In this document: in pieces, positions 9,644-19,068 of the stretch
Numbering within the stretch: position 1 is the first letter of the stretch
Layout: every line of letters starts with the position of its first letter
Assembly: GCA_035285865.1 (NCBI GenBank)
Contig: JAYKHS010000026.1
Location: 64,001 to 128,000 of the forward strand
Length of the DNA stretch: 64,000 nucleotides
DNA from: Candidatus Sericytochromatia bacterium
GTDB taxonomy: Bacteria; Cyanobacteriota; Sericytochromatia; S15B-MN24; VGJW01
Direction: 5' to 3'
Translations under genes and position numbers: made by a program
Notes under the pieces: model-generated
Seen by the model: the letters and a program-made list of their open reading frames with translations, nothing else
The model's database searches: none
Told to the model about the DNA's origin: nothing

Positions 9644-10608
9644 GGAAGGCTCCTTTCGTGGGACAGGGCCACAGTTGCATGATACCCAACGGACAGGGCC
9701 CGCGGTGGGCTTTCAGGTGCTGCATGCGATGCTTCCTCGTTGACGAGGGCGAGGACGCTGCGGCCGACGGCGCCGAGCGTCCCAGCGTCCAGCCGGCTGA
9801 CGGCATCGTCGTGGGTATGCCATGCCGGGTCTGCGACATCTACGAGGTCGACGGCCGCGTGGCCAGCTTCGATGAAGGGCGTGTGATCATCGATGAGTTC
9901 GGGCCCGGGCATGCGGCTGAACCAAGGCGCGGCTCCCACCGTTCCAGCCAGATGCCAAAGCCGGTCGACGAGCCAGGGTGCCGCCCGCATCGAGGCCGCC
10001 TCGGGCCTGAAGCGCACGTCTGCACGGCCGACCATGTCCACCACGAGAACCCATCGCGGACCGGGCGCGGCCAGCGTCCGAACCCAGGCACGACTGCCCT
10101 GGGCGTAGCCCTCGGGCGCGCGCCCAAGGTCCTCTGCATCCACGAAGACCGTTGCCACCGACAGGTCGCGGGGCAGCAGGGGAAGCAACTCAAGCAGCAC
10201 CGCCACACCCGATGCGCCGTCGTTGGCTCCGGGTCCGGGCAGTCCTCTTCTTTCCATGAGGGGATCGCGATCGCACCATGGCCGGGTATCCCAGTGGGCC
10301 ACGAGGACGACGGCAGGCGGCCCATCCGGGCCCGTGTGGCCTGCAAGATTGACGCAGGGCACGTCACGCCCTTCCAGCGATGCCGTGAACGGCTGTTCGG
10401 CGAGCCGTGCGCCCCGGGCTCGGATCTGGGCACGTAGCCAAGTCGCAGCGCGAGCGTGGGCGGTTGTTCCCGGGACCCGCGGGCCATGGCTCACCAGCGC
10501 TTCGGCCAGGGCCAACGCCTTGCGTCCGGAGAACTCCCGGGGTGCGTGCCGGATGCGTTCGGCGTTTGCTCCGCCCGTCGCGAGCAGGAGGGCGAGGAGG
10601 ATCCTCAG
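9640..10608 (-). CDS. M28 family peptidase / glutaminyl cyclase-like
   Basis: GPRVPGT, AHWDTRP, GANDGASG, DAEDLG, DMVG, DDH, WHT motifs; frame open upstream through a signal peptide to CTG at 10608 (start uncertain). Confidence 0.85.
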   Translation of the reverse strand: MRILLALLLATGGANAERIRHAPREFSGRKALALAEALVSHGPRVPGTTAHARAATWLRAQIRARGARLAEQPFTASLEGRDVPCVNLAGHTGPDGPPAVVLVAHWDTRPWCDRDPLMERRGLPGPGANDGASGVAVLLELLPLLPRDLSVATVFVDAEDLGRAPEGYAQGSRAWVRTLAAPGPRWVLVVDMVGRADVRFRPEAASMRAAPWLVDRLWHLAGTVGAAPWFSRMPGPELIDDHTPFIEAGHAAVDLVDVADPAWHTHDDAVSRLDAGTLGAVGRSVLALVNEEASHAAPESPPRALSVGYHATVALSHERSLP

Positions 10609-11630
10609 ACGCCCTCCAGCAACGCCATCACGGTGTCCTTGTCGCCCTCGGCGACGGCCTCTGCCAGTGCCTCTCGGACCACCCCGAGGCTGGCGGCGCG
10701 TTCGACGAGCGGTAGGGACAGGACGCCGCAGGCTACCATCAGCTTGCGGGCGCAGGCTGCCGCGTCTGGCCAGTCCTGGCCACGGATGCCCGCCAGCAAC
10801 GGTGCCACGAGGCGACTGGGCTCCGTCGCGACCATCGACAGGGCGGCCACGAGGTCTTCGTGTCCTACGAACAGCGCGGCAAGGCCTGCGTCGAGGCTGG
10901 TCTCCCCGGACGCCATGGTGCTGCGCGCCTGCCGCACGCGGCCGATCCAGCGCACGGCCTGCCCGGTCGTGCCGTGTGCCAAGGCCCCTGAGAGCACGAA
11001 GGCCGATCGCGCCAGAGCGAGTGCGCCTTCGGGGTCCTCATCCTCGAACAGGATGCGTCCCAGCGCCTCGCAGCTTTCGGGCAGGCCGAGGTCATGGTTC
11101 GGCAGGTCGGTATCCGGGATGCGTCCCATCTTGACGTGCGTCAAGATGGCGACGTCGGCCACGATGGTGCCCATGCGGCCGTGGCAGGCCGCGAAGCGAT
11201 GCGCCCGTGCGAGCTCGAGACACTCTCGGATCTGCACGGCCAGCTCGGTGATGCGGCCGCGAAGTTCGTCGAGGAGCCCTTCGGCGTCCTGCTCGAGCGG
11301 GCCGGCCAGCGAGAGGGCCTTGTCACGTTCGCCGCGATCGAGGGCCTCTGCCAAGGCCCGGGCGCCCTTCACCGCACGCGCGGCACGGTGGACGGACGGG
11401 TCGGACAGGATCAGGCACGCCTCCGTGAGCCCGATGCCGAGCGGCAGGGCCGTTCCGGGTTGTTCGGAGAGCACGCGGGGGCCCAACTGGTCCTGCCAGG
11501 CCTGCAAGGCCTTCAGTCGGCCGGCGACCAAGGGACGAAAGGGATCGGCCTCGGCAGCGATTCGTTCGAGCAGGCGGTGAACCCTGACGGCTCGTTCCGG
11601 GCCTAGCGTTTCGCGCCAACCGGCGTTCAC
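10605..11630 (-). CDS. Hypothetical alpha-helical protein
   Basis: Fills the gap in a translationally coupled operon (GTGA overlap); no recognised motif. Confidence 0.6.
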   Translation of the reverse strand: MNAGWRETLGPERAVRVHRLLERIAAEADPFRPLVAGRLKALQAWQDQLGPRVLSEQPGTALPLGIGLTEACLILSDPSVHRAARAVKGARALAEALDRGERDKALSLAGPLEQDAEGLLDELRGRITELAVQIRECLELARAHRFAACHGRMGTIVADVAILTHVKMGRIPDTDLPNHDLGLPESCEALGRILFEDEDPEGALALARSAFVLSGALAHGTTGQAVRWIGRVRQARSTMASGETSLDAGLAALFVGHEDLVAALSMVATEPSRLVAPLLAGIRGQDWPDAAACARKLMVACGVLSLPLVERAASLGVVREALAEAVAEGDKDTVMALLEGV

Positions 11631-14179
11631 GCGCCCGCCACCTGCCGCAGGGTCAGGACATCGCCCGGTCCCACCGTCCAGGGACCCGCCCCTGCACCCG
11701 AGGGGGTCTCATCCAGCCGACAGGCCACCCAGTCACCTGTGGACGGCCCCTGCCACGTCACGGGTCGTCCCGTCGGATTGTGGACTCGAACCACCGGGCC
11801 GTCGCCTTCTGTCGCCGGTTTGAGTGCCGAGAGACGTAGCCCCGACGGCAAGGGGTCGACGATCAGTGCCGCGGGCAAGGCCAGACCGGAGCAAAGTGGG
11901 GCGCGGACTCCTCCCGTGTGTTCGACGACAAGGCTGCTTCGCGCCCGATCGATGGCGCCCAGCGCCTGCCACCAGGCCGGGGTCTCGTCCGATCGTTTTT
12001 GCCAGCGCACGGCGACGCGGACCGTGGCAGGCCCCTCGCACTGCGCTTCGGGCGTACGGAAGGCCGGACCTGCGCCACCCCCCCGGGTTCTCAGGTCATC
12101 CCGGGAAAGCCAGCCGACGGCCCGAAGCAAGGTCAGCGCGATTGAACGTCCCCCTTCCACGATCTCGGCTTCGGCAAGGCCACGTGCCACAACCTGTGCG
12201 CCGACGCCGGGTGCCTCCACCGCGACCCAGCCCAGGTGGGGGAATGTGGGCGGGATGGCCTCGGCTAGCGGGGCCACGGGCAGCTCCCCCAGACCGCGTC
12301 CCGGCTTGCGCGGTACCGCACCGAACGCCGTTTCGGACCACCAGGCCTCCGCGCGTGGGAGACCCGTATCCACGATCATGCGAAGCCGGTGGTCGTGGCT
12401 GAAGTTCTCCCACCGAGTCTCGAGTTGCAGGGTGTCCTCGCCTGCCGTCAGCCGCAGGATGGTCGTCAAGTCGGTCTGGATGGCGGCCACGGTCCTTCCC
12501 TTGCGGTCCGGGGTCACGCCGACGGGTATGCGGATACGGTGGACGAGGCGCACCACGGCCTCGGCGTCGCAAGTCGCCGTCACTTCGTAGTCCACCATCG
12601 AGGACTGGATCAGACGGTCCTGCTCGGGCGGGGAGTAGGTGTAAGTATCACCCGCATCGCCGCCGTCCAAGAACCGGAAGAGGTCGACGACGGTCAAGGC
12701 GAGGCCGTGGTGGCGAACCTCGCAGCGACCTTCCGTGATCGTGATGCGGATCAGGCCGTTGTCCGCACCTTCCGGCCAGGTCTCGACCGCGGGAGTGGGC
12801 GCGGAAATAGGCGACGGACCGGCCGCGGCTCGGACGTGCAGGGGATGGCCGACGGACCACCCGGGCAGGTAAGCCATGACGGCGAAGCGTGTGACGGGCA
12901 GCGTGTCGGGATGGACATCGATGTCACAGATGAAGTGGCGATCGCCCTCGCGAGAGAGCGGCAGGGTCGCCACCCCCTCGAGGTGGATCTCATCGGGTGC
13001 TGTTTCCGGTGCCGTCGGCCACAGGAATTCCAGACGGTGCCAACCGGCCTTGGGCGAGAGGGACGGGTCGTGGATCATCAGGCCCGGTTCCCGTTCAGCC
13101 GGCGCAAAGGTTCGGAGGATGCGGGAGGTCAGCTCGTTGCCCAGGCTGCGCGCCTGGCTGGTCCTTGCATCCATCTCGCGATGGACCGCATCCACCGAGC
13201 AGCCGCAGATGCTGTCATGTGGATGGTTCTTGAGGATGAGCTCCCAGCCCTCGGCCCAGAATCCCGGTGCCACCGGCTTTCCGCCGCGCGCCGCGAGGGT
13301 AAGGAGCGGTTCCACGGTTCGCTCCCACTGGTCTTCGAGGGCAGCGTTGGCCTGCTTCAGGTAGGTGCGGGTGCTGGCCACGTCCGGCAGCAGGTAGGCC
13401 CTGCCTTGATGGCGAAGTTCCCCGTGCACGACGGGAAGCTGCCCTCGGCCCGGTGCGGGCAAGGCTTCCTCGAGCAGGCCGAGTCGCGCGCCGACGGCGG
13501 CCACGCGCGCCGGCAGCGCGCCCGAAGGTGCCAAGTGGTCGCAGCCGGACAACAGCAGCAAGGGGCGGTCCCGATCAGACTGAGCGTCAAGGAACTTCGC
13601 GTGGGCTTCGTGCATGGCTTCTGCCGGGCTGTCGGACCAGAGATGGACGTTGCAGTAGCCCGTCGGCAGGAACAACGAGGCGAGACCGTCTCCGGACAGA
13701 TCCTCCCACCAGAAGTGGTCGTCCGGAGGGTCGACCCCGCGCCACATCAGGGCTCGGTCCATCCCGAACCCCCGCAGCACGAGCGGCAGTTGCGCCGGAT
13801 GGCCGAACTGGTCCGGCAGGTATCCGACGCCATTGCCCCGGGCGCCGAACCGACGCATCCGCGCCCGACCGAACATCAGGTTGCGAATCAGCGCCTCGCC
13901 GGACACCAGGAATTCATCCGGCAGAATGTACCAGGGCCCGATCGTCAGGCGTCCGGCCAGTACCTGAGCGCGGAGCCGCGTCTCGTCCTCGGGGTGGATC
14001 TCGAGGTGGTCGTCCAGCAGGACGGTCTGGCCATCGAGCAGGAAATGGGGCAGTTGCTCCGATTCCAGCAGATCAAGCACGCGTCGTACGGCATCCGCAA
14101 GCCTAAGGCGGTAACCTTGGAAGGTCCGGTACCACTCACGATCCCAGTGGGTGTGCGGGACGACGACGACGTCTGCCAT
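11627..14179 (-). CDS. Glycoside hydrolase family 38 alpha-mannosidase-like
   Basis: VVPHTHWDREWY, LLDGQ, GPWYILPDEFL, YLPDQFGH, HDSICGCSVD. Confidence 0.92.
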   Translation of the reverse strand: MADVVVVPHTHWDREWYRTFQGYRLRLADAVRRVLDLLESEQLPHFLLDGQTVLLDDHLEIHPEDETRLRAQVLAGRLTIGPWYILPDEFLVSGEALIRNLMFGRARMRRFGARGNGVGYLPDQFGHPAQLPLVLRGFGMDRALMWRGVDPPDDHFWWEDLSGDGLASLFLPTGYCNVHLWSDSPAEAMHEAHAKFLDAQSDRDRPLLLLSGCDHLAPSGALPARVAAVGARLGLLEEALPAPGRGQLPVVHGELRHQGRAYLLPDVASTRTYLKQANAALEDQWERTVEPLLTLAARGGKPVAPGFWAEGWELILKNHPHDSICGCSVDAVHREMDARTSQARSLGNELTSRILRTFAPAEREPGLMIHDPSLSPKAGWHRLEFLWPTAPETAPDEIHLEGVATLPLSREGDRHFICDIDVHPDTLPVTRFAVMAYLPGWSVGHPLHVRAAAGPSPISAPTPAVETWPEGADNGLIRITITEGRCEVRHHGLALTVVDLFRFLDGGDAGDTYTYSPPEQDRLIQSSMVDYEVTATCDAEAVVRLVHRIRIPVGVTPDRKGRTVAAIQTDLTTILRLTAGEDTLQLETRWENFSHDHRLRMIVDTGLPRAEAWWSETAFGAVPRKPGRGLGELPVAPLAEAIPPTFPHLGWVAVEAPGVGAQVVARGLAEAEIVEGGRSIALTLLRAVGWLSRDDLRTRGGGAGPAFRTPEAQCEGPATVRVAVRWQKRSDETPAWWQALGAIDRARSSLVVEHTGGVRAPLCSGLALPAALIVDPLPSGLRLSALKPATEGDGPVVRVHNPTGRPVTWQGPSTGDWVACRLDETPSGAGAGPWTVGPGDVLTLRQVAGA

Positions 14180-14205
14180 GTCCGCATCATAACCCGTCCG
14201 AGGGC

Positions 14206-15402
14206 CTACCGGCCGCGCGGGTGCTCGATGGCCAGCATGTCGGTACGGAAGGCCTGTTCGCTCATCTGCTCGCGCTGTCCCCACGGGTTCAGATAGGTCA
14301 CCTTGCCGTCGCGGATCGATTCGATCTGGATCTGGTGGCCACCGCCGCTCTCCCAGACGACGCTTGCCGGCACGGGGCCATGACCTTGCTGGATCAGGCG
14401 CTTGACCTCGGAGACGAGTTCCTCGCGGTTCCATCGCGTGGCCATCCGCGAACGCCACGGTTCACCTTGCAGTTGGGCGTTGAGGCTGGCGCTGGCCCAC
14501 GAAGTCAGGCCGCCGGGCAGCGGCAAGGGGCCGAGGCGGGCCTTGTCGTCGGTGTTGTCATAGCCGAGAGGCGAGGCAACCTCCATGAAGGCGGGCTGGA
14601 CGAGGCGCGCCACCGTCGTGCGCATGCCGTCATTCGTTGACAGCCAGTCCGGTTCGCGGACGGCCGTGCGTCCGCCCGCCAGCACGACCTTGCCGCTTGG
14701 CGACGCAAGGCCCGATGCGACTCGGACGAACTCCGCGGGATGCTGGCGCATCAGCAGGATCTGCGCCGTAGTGGCGACGCACGTGCCCTTTTCACGCTGC
14801 TCGACCCGGATGGGCTGTTCCAACTCGACGACGAGCTCGTTCATGAAGCGCTTTCGGTCCAGACCGGGGACGAGCGGTTGGTTCACGAGGCCGTGCAGCA
14901 GGGTCAGGGTCGGCTGCCCGCCGCGCAGGGCCGGGGCACCCGGCAGATCGCCGCGCAGCAGCAGGAGTTGCAGGGAGCGACCGGCCCAAGGGTCGAGCGC
15001 CTCCAGGATGACCCGGTAGCGGTTGCGGTCGGCCTCGGACAGGCGCGCCAAGGCGGCCTCGGCCTTGGGAGCATCGCCGATGAGCGCCGCGGCGGCCGCA
15101 TCCATCTCGCGCTTGGTCCATTCGTTGGCCGCAGATGGATCTTCGAGGACGCGACGCTCGGCCGTGCCCTTCATCGGGGCGCCCGTGTGCCAGCGCAACA
15201 GATGCAGCGCCTTGTCGCCCAGCTCGCGCAGCTGCCTGCCGACGTCGCCGGCATCGGGCAGGGAGGCCTGTGCGGCACGGGATGCGGCGGCACGCGCCGT
15301 GGAGACCACGGCAGGATTACCCATTCGGGTCGCGGGCGTACGTGACGACGCGCTGCGTGCCTGGACAGGCGTGGGCCGGATGGATGGAATCACGGGGGGC
15401 AT
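14206..15402 (-). CDS. Putative papain-fold cysteine protease with disordered N-terminus
   Basis: Q-x3-GTC (EQREKGTCVA), GGGHQI and YLNPWG: Cys-His-Asn triad order as in calpain/C1-like proteases. Confidence 0.6.
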   Translation of the reverse strand: MPPVIPSIRPTPVQARSASSRTPATRMGNPAVVSTARAAASRAAQASLPDAGDVGRQLRELGDKALHLLRWHTGAPMKGTAERRVLEDPSAANEWTKREMDAAAAALIGDAPKAEAALARLSEADRNRYRVILEALDPWAGRSLQLLLLRGDLPGAPALRGGQPTLTLLHGLVNQPLVPGLDRKRFMNELVVELEQPIRVEQREKGTCVATTAQILLMRQHPAEFVRVASGLASPSGKVVLAGGRTAVREPDWLSTNDGMRTTVARLVQPAFMEVASPLGYDNTDDKARLGPLPLPGGLTSWASASLNAQLQGEPWRSRMATRWNREELVSEVKRLIQQGHGPVPASVVWESGGGHQIQIESIRDGKVTYLNPWGQREQMSEQAFRTDMLAIEHPRGR

Positions 15403-15468
15403 GCCGGATTGTCCGCAACTTGCAGCCTGCGCTTGACCGCAGGGGGGGAAGATGTCTTGAATCTTCGG

Positions 15469-17448
15469 TTAAATCTGGGAATCAGGCTTTTCCCAGACCC
15501 TTGCAGTGACGAAGATGTCGAGCAACGTACGGTCCAGGTGCCCGCGACCAGCTTCGTCGTGCAGGATGTCCAGCGCCTTCTCGAGCGGCACGGCCTTCTT
15601 GTATGGGCGGTCGGATGCCGTCAGGGCATCGTGGATGTCGGCGATGGCCATCATCCGCGACTGGAGCGGGATGGCGTCACCTGCAAGGCCGAGCGGATAT
15701 CCCGAGCCGTTCATGCGCTCATGGTGGGCCCCGGCGATGGAAGGAATGCCCGAGAGCTCGGGGGTCCACGGAATCTGGGCCAAGAACCGCTGGGTGTGGA
15801 CCACGTGGCGCTCGATCTCCTGACGTTCGTCGGCATCGAGACTGCCGCGGCGGATCGACAGGAGCCTCACTTCGCCGGCTTCAAGCACGGCGCGTTCCCG
15901 GCCTTCGCCGTCGGTCCACCTCTGGTTGGCCAGTTTCTGAAGGAGGTCGAAGTTGCCGTCCTCCAGCACCGTCGGTTCGTTCGCGGAGAGAATCAGGGCC
16001 AGCCAGCGATCGATGCGAGCCTCGGCCTCGGCAGCGTCCCGGTCCATCTGCGGGCAGCAGGCGGCGTAGGTCTCGGCTCCCTTGTCGAGGACCAGCGCCA
16101 GGCGATGACGGGCATCGGCCAGCCGGGTTGCCTGGCGCATGGCCGCGAGGCGTTCGCGGACCTGCTCCAAGTGCCAGGGATAGAGCTTCTTGGCCTTGAC
16201 CAGCACCTCCTCCCGAACGCCCACCTTGCCGAAATCGTGCAGGAGGGAGGCATAGCGGAGTTCACGCAGATGCATGAGCGAGAACCGGACCGGCGCCAGC
16301 GCACCGTTCGGCGTCTCGTCAACCATCCGGGCCAGGTTGACCGTCAGGGTCGCAACCCGGGAGCTGTGCCCTGAGGTCGTGGGGTCCCGACTCTCGATGG
16401 CCGTGACTGACGCCTGCACGAAGCCTTCGAACAGCTCCTCGATATTCTTGACCAACCGCGCGTTCTCGAGCGCGACGCCTGCCTGCGAGGCCAGGGACGA
16501 GGCAAAGGTCACGCTGCCCTCGTCGAACGCCAACACGAAGCGCCTGACGTGCTCGGGACTGGCAAGCACGGCTTCGGCGTGCCGCTTGCGGTTGATCAGT
16601 TGGACCACGCCGACGACGTGGCCGCCGCGATCGCGCATCGGCACGACCAGCATCGAGTGCGTGGTGTAGCCGGTCTTCAGGTCCCATGCGCCGTCAAAGG
16701 AGAAGTCCGAGCCTGGGGGAAGGTGGGCCACGTCCTCGATGACGAGGGGGATCCCCGTGAGTGCTACCGCACCGGCGATGGAGGCCTTGTCGATGGGGAC
16801 CGTGAACTCTTCGTAGGCGACGTTCATCGAGTCGTTCTGGGACAGCTTGAAGCGCAGCCTGCGTCCACCCTGGCCATCGGGTTCGACGAGGTACAGCGAT
16901 CCGGCATCCGCCGTCGTCACTTCGCGACACTTGCGGAGAATCAGCGCCAGGAGGGTCTCCGGATCGCGTTCCGTGGTCAGGGCAATGCCGATGCGGTGGA
17001 CTTCCTCCAGTTGCTTGCCGAAGCGCTCCCGGGCATCAAGGGCCGCCATGCGCTCCTGTTGCAGTTGGTCCTGTGCCAAGGCGGAACGGAGCACGATGCG
17101 CCACTGCGTCGCGCTGGCTTCCTGGGGCAGCCAGCCCCAGAAGGCGTCCTCCGGCAGGAGGTCGGTCGCAGGTGTCGTTGTCGGACCGCTGCCGATCAGC
17201 AGGCCTCCGTCCGCCACGTGTCGCCGAAGGCGTTCACGGATGGCTACGTCCGTCAGCAAGGTGACCGGGACAACGAGGATGCCCGACGTGGCCAGAGCGC
17301 CGACAAGGCCTTGCAGGCCGGAATAGCGGCGAATGGGCAGGTCGGCGGCCCACTCGGCATCGCCGGGTCCGGTCGCGGCATCGAGCCAGATAGTTCGTGC
17401 CATGGGCCGCGTGCCCCGGAGATCGAGGTTGGCCGAGGGCGAGGACAT
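15469..17448 (-). CDS. GAF + HD-GYP cyclic di-nucleotide phosphodiesterase
   Basis: GAF (ADAGSLYL, SMLVVPM, GVVQLIN); TSGHSSRV, LHDFGK, HHERMNGSGYP, IADIHDAL, RPYKK; alternative start 17403. Confidence 0.9.
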   Translation of the reverse strand: MSSPSANLDLRGTRPMARTIWLDAATGPGDAEWAADLPIRRYSGLQGLVGALATSGILVVPVTLLTDVAIRERLRRHVADGGLLIGSGPTTTPATDLLPEDAFWGWLPQEASATQWRIVLRSALAQDQLQQERMAALDARERFGKQLEEVHRIGIALTTERDPETLLALILRKCREVTTADAGSLYLVEPDGQGGRRLRFKLSQNDSMNVAYEEFTVPIDKASIAGAVALTGIPLVIEDVAHLPPGSDFSFDGAWDLKTGYTTHSMLVVPMRDRGGHVVGVVQLINRKRHAEAVLASPEHVRRFVLAFDEGSVTFASSLASQAGVALENARLVKNIEELFEGFVQASVTAIESRDPTTSGHSSRVATLTVNLARMVDETPNGALAPVRFSLMHLRELRYASLLHDFGKVGVREEVLVKAKKLYPWHLEQVRERLAAMRQATRLADARHRLALVLDKGAETYAACCPQMDRDAAEAEARIDRWLALILSANEPTVLEDGNFDLLQKLANQRWTDGEGRERAVLEAGEVRLLSIRRGSLDADERQEIERHVVHTQRFLAQIPWTPELSGIPSIAGAHHERMNGSGYPLGLAGDAIPLQSRMMAIADIHDALTASDRPYKKAVPLEKALDILHDEAGRGHLDRTLLDIFVTARVWEKPDSQI

Positions 17449-17454
17449 GCGAAG

Positions 17455-19068
17455 ATGATAGACGAAAGCCTCTTCGCCTGCATGAGCGACCATCTGCCCT
17501 ATCTCTGCCGCCCGGGACGCAGCAGGCGGGTCCTGCTGACGACCGAGGACGATGCCGTCCGGGCCTGGTCGTGGCCCGAGACCGTCGATGCAGCCCGCAA
17601 GGCAGCTGCGCGCTTGTTGGAGCGAGGCTTCCAGCCAGGGGACGTGGCGGTCTTTTCCGGGGTCGTCCATCCGGGGGCATGGTTTGCCGCGTGGGGCGTC
17701 TGGCTGGTCGGCGGGCGCGTGGCCTGGGTCGAGGAGCCCGAGGACGCCGAACCCGCAGCAAGGCATCTGGAAGCCTGCCTGCATGTCGGTCCCCGGGGCG
17801 AGGATCCTTGGACGCTGGTTTCCGGAGACCTGCCCGACGACGGGCAGGTCGTGGAACTGGATCGACGCGAGGCCGGCACCACGCCGGACGAGACGGCCTT
17901 GATCCTTTGTCCGCGGGGGCATCGGGGGCTGCGTGGCGACGTCTTCAGCCACGGCGGACTCGTCCGGGCGGCTCGTGCCTTTGCCCGTCACGCCTTCCTG
18001 ACGCCTTCCGACCGCTTGCTCGTCGGAACCACGGCCGATCATCCCGTCACATGGGGGACCATGCTGGCATTCGCCGTCTCAGAGGTCTCGCTCGTGCTGC
18101 CTTCCCGAGCCCCCGGAGGGCGAACGCCTGCCGAGGATCTTGCTACCGTCTGGCTTGCGCCCGCCTGCCTGCTGGATCGTCGAGTCGCTCGCCTGCACGA
18201 GCGATTGCGGGGTCGGGGGCGCCTCTCCCACGCGCTTTCGCGCTGGGCGCTCGCCGAAGGCGTGGCGTCAACCGAGCGCCGGGAGCGGGCCAGGTCGACC
18301 ACGCGGGGCGAGGCGCGCCGACACGCGCTGGCGGAGCGCTGGTTGCTGGATGATCTTCGGGGCCACCTCGGGCCCTCCTTGCGCCTGGTGTTCGCCGTCG
18401 GCGATCGCCCGCGCGTGCTGACCCGCCGCTATAACCGAGCCGTCGGCATCGCGTTGCTCGAGGGCCTTGCTTGTCGGCGGGTGGCTGGCCTCGTGGCATG
18501 TGCCCGTCCCTACGAGGAGATTGACCTAGGGCTGGGGGAGGTCCTCGAAGGGGTTCGGATCGAGGCGACGGACTCGGGGGAGCTTCTGCTGGCAGGACAG
18601 GCCGTCATTCGTGGAAGGTTTCGCGATTCGGCCGGCAGCGATGCCCTCCGATTCGCAGGCTGGGTCCGTGGGGGGATGCGCGTCGAGCGCGAAGGTCAGC
18701 ATGTCTTGCGCGTGATGCCCGAGGGCCCTGCCGAGGATCCGATCTGGCCGGGACGGGACTGGGAAACCCTGCTGGCCGACGTGCTCGGCCTCACGGCTGC
18801 GGTGCGCATCCCGGACGTGGGCATGGTGCTCGAGGCACCCGGTTGGGTTCCGGCGGCCCCGTGGTGGGCCGAGGGGGCCGAGGCGCTGCGCACTGGCCGT
18901 CCCCACCCCGGCGTCGGGCGGGTGCTGTTCGACCTTTTGGGAGCGCCCGAGGCCGAGCATGAAGGCGTGGCATGGCATCTGGTCGAGGGGCTGCCGCGGA
19001 CGTCGCTGGGAGCGCTGGACAGGGATGCGTTGCGACGGGCGTGGGGACGAAAGGAGTGGCTTTCGTGA
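17455..19068 (+). CDS. AMP-binding (long-chain acyl-CoA synthetase-like) protein with degenerate motifs
   Basis: Overall ANL layout (GFQPGDVAV, GELLLAG, LPRTSLGALDR) but the P-loop reads LCPRGHRGLRG. Confidence 0.6.
   Translation: MIDESLFACMSDHLPYLCRPGRSRRVLLTTEDDAVRAWSWPETVDAARKAAARLLERGFQPGDVAVFSGVVHPGAWFAAWGVWLVGGRVAWVEEPEDAEPAARHLEACLHVGPRGEDPWTLVSGDLPDDGQVVELDRREAGTTPDETALILCPRGHRGLRGDVFSHGGLVRAARAFARHAFLTPSDRLLVGTTADHPVTWGTMLAFAVSEVSLVLPSRAPGGRTPAEDLATVWLAPACLLDRRVARLHERLRGRGRLSHALSRWALAEGVASTERRERARSTTRGEARRHALAERWLLDDLRGHLGPSLRLVFAVGDRPRVLTRRYNRAVGIALLEGLACRRVAGLVACARPYEEIDLGLGEVLEGVRIEATDSGELLLAGQAVIRGRFRDSAGSDALRFAGWVRGGMRVEREGQHVLRVMPEGPAEDPIWPGRDWETLLADVLGLTAAVRIPDVGMVLEAPGWVPAAPWWAEGAEALRTGRPHPGVGRVLFDLLGAPEAEHEGVAWHLVEGLPRTSLGALDRDALRRAWGRKEWLS

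Noticed and set aside
14180..18042. Long N-terminal extensions in the ORF track (GH38 to 14458, HD-GYP to 18042, AMP-binding from 16549)
   Set aside because: They overlap real neighbouring genes; family motifs and promoter/RBS signals start later
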